Below, piece after piece: positions 55,133-64,000 of a stretch of DNA of 64,000 nt (positions are counted from its first letter, which is position 1; the number at the start of each line of letters is the position of its first letter). This stretch comes from Marsupella aquatica (Eukaryota > Plantae > Marchantiophyta): contig OZ316896.1 of the NCBI GenBank assembly GCA_973895155.1, positions 23,083,722 through 23,147,721 on the forward strand, given 5' to 3'. The position numbers and the translations under genes were made by a program. The notes under the pieces were generated by a model. It made no database searches, was not told the DNA's origin, and was given only the letters and a program-made list of their open reading frames with translations.

Positions 55133-56305
55133 TTACAAGTCGAAGTCATCAAGGTTAGCAACGAGATCTGGTCCTGGAGAATTGCGCACGCTTGCGCGTG
55201 CACTTCCTGGGCGGCTGCGAGTGGTAGGGGTCTCATGAGGATCAAATCCAGGCCGTTCTGGTGAGTGACTTTGTGATGGAAGCCGTGAAGGAAGCCGTGA
55301 TGATGCTCGCGATGGCACCATGGAAGGATTCAGGGATGCATTCTTGGAGACATTCCTTGAAGGATTCCTTGAATTTGAGTTGCTTAAGCCAACAGGGAAG
55401 CCAACAAGAATTGATGGACCTGAAATATCATTCGCAGCTGCAAGAGACATTTTGGCAACACCCCGTCGACGCCTCTTTGCTGGTGGCGACTTGTTGCGTT
55501 TGCCCACTGTTTTCTTTAGTTTCATTTGATGAGCTTGTTGTATACTTCTAGACTTACCCCTTCCTTTTCTTCCTCTTCTTCTCCTCCGTCGCCTCCTTCT
55601 ACCTTTCCTTCCACGACGATGATGTCTTGAATGTTTCCTGCCTCGTCGTCTCCTCCTTCTACGCCTCCTCCTCCTTCGTCGACCTTTCTTTTTGTGTTTT
55701 GACCTCCTCCTCCTCCGTCTCCTCCTCCTCCTCCCTTTCCTCCTCCGTCTCCTTCTCCTCTTATGTCTCCTTCCCCTACTTCTGCTCCTACTGCCGCTCC
55801 TACTTCGACGACGTCTACCTCGCCGAAGCGAATAACCCTTTGAGTCCTTCACGAGCTTTCCTTCTTTCACAAGTTTCTTCATGACGGTGTTGAACCTTTT
55901 GGTGTTAAGTGCTCCGGTAAGAGTGAAGCCATATCTTTCTTTGATTTCCCTTTTTATGGTGCCCACCGGACAACCATCCCTCTTCTTCAACTTGGCAATA
56001 GTAGTTTGCACAAGCCTTGTAAGTCCATCATTACTCTTTATATTATGGTAGTGGGAACTATGGGACCCCCTTTTCAATGGTGGATCCAATGAGAAATCAG
56101 TCGTTCCTCCACTCATAGAACTACCACGACTGCTTGGTCGACTGCTTTGTCGACTACTTTGTCCACTGCTGCTTTGTCCACTGCTTTGTCTGGATTGACT
56201 AGTACCATGAGATCTGCTTGATCCCATAGACGCATCAGAGCAACTGGAGTATCCACTCCTTGTCGACCCCGCGCTAGACACACTTGGGCTTCTCTTTCGA
56301 ACCAT
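55133..56305 (-). CDS. Protamine-like sperm nuclear basic protein (linker histone H1 winged-helix plus long Arg-rich tract), intronless, 390 aa
   Basis: Ser-rich N-terminus; H1 globular-like LVQTTIAKLKKRDGCPVGTIKREIKERY...MKKLVKEGKLVKDSKGYSL; ~95-residue poly-Arg/Lys/RS tract; SR(N/L)P repeats at the C-terminus. Confidence 0.85.
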   Translation of the reverse strand: MVRKRSPSVSSAGSTRSGYSSCSDASMGSSRSHGTSQSRQSSGQSSSGQSSRQSSRPSSRGSSMSGGTTDFSLDPPLKRGSHSSHYHNIKSNDGLTRLVQTTIAKLKKRDGCPVGTIKREIKERYGFTLTGALNTKRFNTVMKKLVKEGKLVKDSKGYSLRRGRRRRSRSGSRSRSRGRRHKRRRRRRRKGRRRRRRRRRRSKHKKKGRRRRRRRRRRRRRGRKHSRHHRRGRKGRRRRRRRRRGRKGRGKSRSIQQAHQMKLKKTVGKRNKSPPAKRRRRGVAKMSLAAANDISGPSILVGFPVGLSNSNSRNPSRNVSKNASLNPSMVPSRASSRLPSRLPSQSHSPERPGFDPHETPTTRSRPGSARASVRNSPGPDLVANLDDFDL

Positions 56306-57479
56306 GTTGTTTATCGTTCATTCATAGATATCTCGATTACGACGGGGACGACATAGTTACAACATTGCACTAGAAGTAGTCACGAAAACACAAATGTCTA
56401 ATGCAAATACTCAAGAAATTGAAAGCACATTATCTGTCATTGTGTCCTACAAACTGACATTCACACTTTAACTGTAACTATTGAAGAGAAACAAATGAAG
56501 TTAGACACATATGGGACCGGACCAGCCTATCGTTGATCCCATGATTGTCATCATGAGAGAAATTAGGCGCAAGAAGGATGAAGAGATGACAAACGTGTAG
56601 GGGTTTCGTGCAGATGGTCCATTTCCTCAAGAGACACCAATCGAAACCACAACCCTTGGCACCAAATCTGCTCCAAAAACAAAGCACACGGATCAACCTC
56701 TCTCTATTGTAACGAAAAGTCATACCTGTTCGTGTGTCATAACTCATTGCAAGTCATGTGAATAATAACGTGTTCTTTCCCATTTCCCTTAGCAGATCAA
56801 TATGACCGGTAGTTTCCAGAATTGGCTTAATCTAGTTAATGGGAAACAATATGTACCCGCATCTAATTGTTCTCATAACACACTGAAAGGGTTTAGTGAC
56901 CCTAAACCCTAAACTGGCCAAAACCCCAAATAAAGAGAAATGCAACTCATTTTACAACACGAGTAATATTCGACTGAAAGGAGTATTGTTGTGAACAGTC
57001 CTGCCCCCAAGAGTAACACCTATTAATTATTGTTGTGATCCTGATCTAATGCAATTCTGACCTCACATTCATGTGACAATATTAGCCGACATTGTCTCAA
57101 CATCTCTGAGTTCCTATTTGAGTTTATGATATATTTGCATGATTTCCAATAATATCTAGCGTTCCACTATCTTCTGGGGAGAGAAGAGCAAGAGCCTAGA
57201 AGTGAATGAAATGAACCTTTTGCTCGTACTAGTCTGCACATTAATTATGGATCCTGACTCGTTAGGGTGTCTTCTTTCTAGCAAATCCTTTACTGACAGT
57301 TTCACTGGCCTCCAAAAGCGACATGCTTTTCTAGAGCAGACAAACGACATAATTTGAAACAAATTAAGATGATCTCAAAATCTGCCCTCTTCAATTTAAT
57401 CAGTTTGGTTCCCAATTTTGTTGTGCAGCTCTCTTCCTTTCAATTGACATTTTTCAGCTCTAAGTGACACTTTGTTGGC

Positions 57480-57592
57480 ATGGGCTTGATTAGGCAGATT
57501 CTTCTCCTTTTGAGAAATTAAATCGATGGGTTTTCCCCGTGGGCTTGATTAGGCAGATTCTTTTTGTTTTGAGAAATCGGTGGGTTTTCCCG
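57480..57592. repeat. Tandem duplication ~59 bp x2
   Basis: TGGGCTTGATTAGGCAGATTCTT...TTTTGAGAAAT...TGGGTTTTCCC occurs twice. Confidence 0.75.
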
Positions 57593-60244
57593 GACCAGAG
57601 TCCGCAGGCCAGTCTTACTGGTGCTCAAGCACTATGGTGGGCTTGGATTCTGGAAAAGAGATTCCCATCACTCCAATCATGTCAGTTGTCCAAAATGCCT
57701 AAATAGACTTTGCAACTCAAATTTATCAAACTCTTATATCTACTCTAGTAGAGTATGTTGTATTCGTACACTGCAGATTTGGGTTGGATTTCATGAGGGT
57801 TGTGTTCAATAAGGTTAGATACAACTGTCGGAGCATCATTTTCTCAATTATTTCCCTCTTGTCATTTTATAAGTTTCAAAGTTCTTGAATGAAATGGTCT
57901 GTGACAAAAGTGAAATTAAAGTAGTCCCCGTGGCCTTCAGCATTGTATAAATATATGGGTGAATGTCAATTTGTACCAAACAAATGCTCAGATGGGCCAC
58001 TCCCATGAATTTTGCATCCCTGATGGCCCAGGCCAACCTTTAACACAAAATGTAAGTGAATTATCTATTCAATTCATATTTTCTTTGCGAAAAAGAGAAG
58101 TACTATCTGAGTACAAAAAAACGTTCCTTTTCAGTCTTTCCCAGATGTGCAACTCCATCCCAGCATCTAGCATCGATCTGGGCTTATTTTCAGGTCCATG
58201 AGGGCTTCAGTTCCCAAATAGCACTCGCTGCAATCTTAATAAATATTTAGATGTGTTTCAATCATACAGTTTTATAAACTTCTCAAATGTGATTTTGTGT
58301 ATACTTTACATTAGAGCCTTAATGTTTGTACCTTACAAGGATGCTATGATGAAACTGTCATTCTAGGATGAGAAGCCATCATTCGGCGACGTGGGTTACA
58401 ATCATATGGCAAGGCAGCCCATACACATGTATTTGATCTGCTGGTCAAACGCGTTCCATCCCACACCCTTGCGAAATTGCAGGCCAATAGTTTTCAGCTG
58501 CCTGACTTATCGAACCAGAGCCTCAAAGCTGCTGCAGGCAAGGCTATTGGCATACAACAGCATGATGGCGTCAGGGCAAAAGAGGGATTTTGCTGCCGCG
58601 GCAAAGACAATTTGAGATTGACCACAACGACTTCAATATGCACTGAAACTATTGAGATGCATGGCCGCTTGCTGCTCCACCAGCGTTTTTAACGAGCCCT
58701 TTTCTTCACCTGCTGCTGTTGCAGCTTTCTAGCTTGCATCTGATCATTACTAACGTGACTGTGCTTCCCAGTACAGCGATCGACAGTCAGCGCCTGGGAT
58801 ACAGCATGATTCTACGTTGTTTTTCATTTTCTCGAGCAGTTGTGCAGTAGGGTGTACAATCCGTCCCAGCAAAGGCTTGCCCCTAAGAGTACATCCATAT
58901 TGTCCACTTGCAGATTCGGTGACCATACTAGATATGGACCGACCATATTAGATATGGACGATTACATTCTGAGATTAATATTGCAATGGTAGATAGATTA
59001 TTCTAGTGTTCTAAGTTTATTGCTATATTTGCTATATTTTTCTTGAGTTTGGTGTTTGTCTACTTTTGCTTTTACTCCACTGTATTTTGTTTTGAACTTT
59101 TAATAAGTTATATTCTTTACTTTTCCAATCCTAGAATCACAAGAACCACAATTCTATCTTGTTTTACAAGGTATCGACAATAGCTAATAATTTTATCTAA
59201 TTGTTTGTCCATATTGCGGCAGAGGGAAGTTCGAGAGAACGAGCTCGTACATAGGCCCAGGCAGAGCTTCTTCTGCTGCAGTTTTCTACAGTCAGTCTGT
59301 AGCTTGCAACTGATCCCTAGTAAGGCAACAGACGTATTCCCCAGTCAGTGACAGTTCGATCGGAACAGTATATTGTCTCTGCCATACTGTCTTAATTATC
59401 GAACAGCAGCCCGGACCGAGATCCACATTCCACATTCCATATAATTATATTGTTTTGCTTGGCTTCAACGTATCGACACTACAGTAGCTGAACGATCGAA
59501 TGATGTTGTCGAGAGACAGACTGATGGAGTTCCAGAGAACGACCTAGTAGACACTGTGTACTTCCTGGGCTGTACTTATTCTAACTCATGAGTCTATCTG
59601 ATATGGAGATTGCATGACACTGCACATGCTTGCTGGACTCCCGGCTGGACTAGTTGGTGAGTAATATTTGTTAGGTACATGCAGTAGTTGACGACGAGCC
59701 AGGATAACAAATTGACGACGAGCCAAGATGACCATATCGACGTCGATTCGAGATGCTTGGGGCTTGAGCTGCCACGCACCCACCAGAGAGGGTAAAGAGA
59801 GGCTGAGGATCGAGCTGAATGGTAATTAAATTGCTGTGATAGTCAGTGGACTATGAGAGGGTACATTACTCACTGTAACTCCCTTGGAAATGAGAAAAGG
59901 AGAATTAAAACAGCAGGTCTGCATGCTTTGGCCCAGGCTGAGAACGCGATTCTGGGGCTTGAAGAACACGGTATAACTCACTGTTCAATGCCTTGCTTTC
60001 GAGTCACTCTCTCAACAGATTCCTGAAATTACATATCCAAACTTTCATGCTTGTTATTTCACCATGATCAGGATCCCCCAAATTCCCTCAATGATAATCC
60101 CTCAATGATTTCTTATAAACTCGGAAAATGAGGGAAAAGGACTGTGCCCTGTTTTACAAGGTTTCCTAACACTATTATATCGATTAGCCTACAAGGGCCC
60201 AAGGGCATATCCTTGCTTCTGCACAAGGATTCAAAGTCCATATA

Positions 60245-60415
60245 ATGATTATATTAGAGTACAAGTATTAAAGTACTGACTCTAATACACGTGTAGAATA
60301 CAAAGTACATATGATGATTATATTAGAGTACAAGTATTAAAGTACTGAATCTAATACACGTGTAGAATACAAAGTACATATGATGGTTATATTAGAGTAC
60401 AAGTATTAAAGTACT
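60245..60415. repeat. Tandem repeat ~69 bp x2.5
   Basis: ATGATTATATTAGAGTACAAGTATTAAAGTACTGA.TCTAATACACGTGTAGAATACAAAGTACAT repeated. Confidence 0.85.
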
Positions 60416-62539
60416 CTTATACATGTGGTTGTTATCCTGTATGCAAATGTACTTTCAGGCATGTAAGAATACATTGGCATTATAAAATTTGGCTTTTTGT
60501 TGTGGATGAGATGAATTTTTATTACAGCCGGACCCCCATGGGAAGCCCTTTCAATCCAAAATTCCTAGATGCACAAGCCACAGTAGCACAATAAATTGGT
60601 CACAAACAAGAACAGCTACTTATGCAAGAAGTACCAAATTTGACTATTCTTGTTTGAAACAAGACACAAAAAAAAGGATTAGACCCTCTAATAATGTTTC
60701 ATATAAACAATAAAATAAGTAAAATAAGGGGGAATAAAATAACATTTGGATGGGTTGTGATTGATAGATCAATGTTTTCTGGTAATCTGTTTGAGTTTTT
60801 ATTTAATCTACACATTTTTTAAATAATAATGAATAGAAAATAAGTATTCAACTGCTCAACATTTGCCCAAGGTAAGGAAGGAAACCCAAAAAAAAATTCA
60901 ACTTTCTCTAACATTTACTAAGGTAACTTAATTAAGAAACACTTTGACTTATTATAGATAGAAGAGTAACAAGCAAAGTTAGGAAACACCATAACTGTTA
61001 TTAATGGGCAGAGGAATACACTCTTATTTGTTGTCAATAAAATTGCTTTTAGAGTTAGTGTAAATGGCTTATACAAATTGCTTTTAAGGTTACAGTCAGG
61101 GTCTACTCCTCAAACCTTTTCCTTTGGGTTAATCTTGTTTTTTGTCCTCTTTTTTAAAAAATCATGCAGGAGGGGAGAAAAAGGGAGCGAATTGGGAGCA
61201 AGGTTAGGGAAAAGGGAAAAGGAAAGACCTCCCTTGATGTAGTGGGGCACTACCACTCCCGGCAAGGCCCCAGCCACCATTGCCCATCTTGCACTCCCGC
61301 TGCCCTGCCATGGCCATGCCACAGCATTGCTTTGCAACAACATCACCCAAAATGACAACGTTGTGTAAGACCATAAAATGACTGCAGAGACAATAAGACC
61401 TGTTCGAATAGCAACACTTAGTTGCCTCACCTCGACATAATGCCCAAAAAATGTAGCATCAACTACAACATTGCATATATTGTCTCAGTAGTGCAATGCA
61501 CAGGCAATAGGCTATAAGATATCTCAAATATAAGGATGGATCCTGATGCATTGGGAAGGGTTCGTGCTGAGAGGTACGTGGGCTGTTACCTGCATTGGAC
61601 ACTCTCACGGAAGATTTCACTAGGCTTCTTTACATTTTCTGTTGGAGGTCTGAATCGTCTGGACTCTCCTTCAAAGGAACAAACTAACCAAGCTGTTGTA
61701 AAAAACTTAAGTGTCGTTGCAATAGTTCACTCTCAATCATGTGATCCGTTTACGATACAGATGAAAGAAACCCATGTCTCTCGATAGATGAGATTCTTTC
61801 GTTGGTGCCAAAAAAGAAGACACATGTCGCCATTGCTCATGATAAACGTTCAATAGTAACCCCTTCCACTCACCTAGTAGAAATGCATGTCCACAATTAC
61901 TTCAGATGGATCGAGTGCTTGAGAATAAGATGTGACGAACACTGCATTTAGGGGTGGAGGACTATGTATTTGTTGCTCCCACGAATTGAAGTATCAGTGG
62001 GTAAATCTTCATGTCAGTGTGATGGTGCGCCATTTCCAGAATTTTCCAGAGGGTCATGTCGATGATAGGATTCGCTTCTCTCAAACACCGTACTGGATTA
62101 TAATTATAAACCAATGACACGGAGTGAATGATCATAATTATGAAAATGAAGACCGATCATTCTTCGATCATTCCTACACGAGTGTGCCATAATGACGCCA
62201 AAACACACATCAAGTAGGTGGGCATGGGCTCCCTATTCCAATGCATTTAAGTGCTGCCCCTGTACTGAGACATTAATGCATAAAGCACAGGAGAGTGGGC
62301 TCAGGGAATCAGGGATGGTCACACGACAGTGAGGATTCGAAAGTAAACGAGGTTTGCAAAGCTTGATTGGCAAATTATCCGTGCTTAAGTTCTTTCATGT
62401 GCACATGCATCGAGCCTGGTAGAGAGGGGCAGCTGAAAATGCCTACGTCACCTAATCTGAGTCGCAAGCACAATCATCGTGCTGATCATGATCACCTACT
62501 CTTACTAATTAAGGCGTCCTAACCTGGATGCGTTCATCA

Positions 62540-63190
62540 GTTCATGGCCTTGATCATAATCTCAGTGGAATTCAGGTCTGCAGCACACTAAATTCATGGC
62601 CTTGATCATAACCTCAGTGGATTTCAGGTCTCCGGCACACTAAATTCATGGCCTTGATCATCACATCAGCGGATTTCAATTCAGCACGAAAAGCAATCTC
62701 GAGGCTCATAAAGAGCCTCCTGTACCGGACTGCCCACATTCCCTGCCCGCTGCCCGTGTTTGTTGCGAATGGTGACACTATTTTTTTAAGTGTCACTAGG
62801 GTTTGAATGAACCCCACTTTTGGGTGGGGTGATTGTTAAAAGGATCATACATAACTTGCCAGGATTTGACCCCCCCACCTATCACTTCCCACTCAGACGC
62901 TCTACCATCGAGTCCCTAACCCAATGATGAGCACTGCCGTTCGCATATAGTATTTACCCTAATAAAAGCGTCGGTTACAGCGGGCAACAGGGGCGTACGC
63001 ACGGGCTAATCATTGCTAAGAAGCATTGATTAGTCTCGATATTGCTTTTCGTCCTTAATGGATTTCAGGTCTACAGCACACTAAATTCATGGCCTTGATC
63101 GTAACTTCAGGTCTCCAGCACACTAGCTTAATTCATGGCCTTCATCATAGCATCAGTGGAATTCTGCGTCTGGTCTCCAGCACACCAAAT
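62540..63190. repeat. ~50-bp tandem repeat interrupted by a MITE
   Basis: TTCATGGCCTTGATCATAACCTCAGTGGATTTCAGGTCTCCAGCACACTAAA units lie on both sides of 62679-63059. Confidence 0.75.
62679..63059. mobile_element. MITE copy A, 8-bp TSD GGATTTCA, internal tRNA-like segment
   Basis: TIRs ATTCAGCACGAAAAGCAATCTCGAG / CTCGATATTGCTTTTCGTCCTTAAT. TSD at 62671-62678 and 63060-63067. Confidence 0.8.
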
Positions 63191-63550
63191 TCCTATCTCG
63201 TACTTGTGTGAATACTATTCGTGCCTGTGCAACAAAGACCTGGTACTTCTTTTCTAAGTATGCGTTCATTCAATAGGTACAGGTTGAGTGCAAAAGCCCC
63301 ATTGGTCAAGCATCGCGGCAATAAATAGAAGCCAAGCTAGTCTTAGCATAACGAGATCAGTGAGCTCTATAGGCATGTACTGTACATTTCTAATTTCTTA
63401 ATTTTTGGTCACTACGTAAATGTATTTATTTATCATATTAAGTGATAAAATAAAAGTTAAAACAGCTTTTATAACAGTCAGCCAATCGTGAGGTCACGTA
63501 GGGTTTTCAAAAGGACACATCCTCCTTCAAGATGTGATAGCCTGCTCTCA

Positions 63551-63894
63551 ATTCACGACCAAACTCAAGCTCGAGGCTCATTAAGAGCCTCCGTACCTAG
63601 CTGCCCGCATACAAGCCCGGGCGAGTCAAAAAAATTCTAGTGTCAATAGGGTATGAATGAACCCCACTTTTGGGTGGGGTGAATGATAAAAGTTTCCTGT
63701 GCTGAGAGGATTCAAACCTGAGACCTCCCCTGCCCCACTGAGCACCTCTACCATGCAGCCCATAGGCAGCTGGTGACCATTTCGAAACGCGCCCAGTATT
63801 TAACTTAATTCTCACGTCACGGGAAGTGGGCAGCGGACAGCTTAGTACGGGCTAATCGCATTGATTAGCCTCGATCTTGAGTCTCGTCCCTAAT
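63551..63894. mobile_element. MITE copy B (same family), 8-bp TSD TGCTCTCA, internal tRNA-like segment
   Basis: TIRs ATTCACGACCAAACTCAAGCTCGAGGCT / AGCCTCGATCTTGAGTCTCGTCCCTAAT. TSD at 63543-63550 and 63895-63902. Shares TGAATGAACCCCACTTTTGGGTGGGGTGA with copy A. Confidence 0.8.
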
Positions 63895-64000
63895 TGCTCT
63901 CATCAGTAAACTCAGAGAGACATTTGTGTATTAATTTGATTGGTCACCTATAATGGCCAATATACCTAATTTTTCCACACTTGTGTACTGAGATTGGTGG

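Noticed and set aside
56898-56915. Interstitial telomere repeat (CCCTAAA)
   Set aside because: Only two units; expected by chance or as a telo-box.
58850-59870. Possible solo LTR
   Set aside because: Candidate TG...CA ends lack a matching TSD.

Overview
Eukaryotic, intron-containing land-plant DNA, most likely a flagellated-sperm non-seed plant such as a liverwort. This is inferred from an H1-derived protamine-like gene and a signal-peptide polyphenol oxidase. Host genes are a 4-exon polyphenol oxidase, a 2-exon ALMT/FUSC-like transporter, an intronless fungal-type AhpD/CMD-like gene, a TPD1-like gene, RPS3 (6 exons) and the protamine-like gene. The rest is transposon-rich: a degenerate autonomous Helitron nested in reverse inside a related non-autonomous Helitron, Harbinger remnants, several MITEs with visible TIRs and TSDs, and tandem repeats. 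The most interesting feature is at 1-7582. It is a TIR DNA transposon with a Sola-like/DUF7869-type transposase that carries a convergent, spliced cargo gene, a ParB-like domain fused to a bacterial/phage-type beta-class amino (N6-A/N4-C) DNA methyltransferase. About 10 copies of a palindrome GATACCGGTATC are scattered through its non-coding parts. A 1.3-kb derivative with the same TIRs and a 4-bp TSD lies at 10236-11532. All family assignments come from motif recognition by eye, not database searches.
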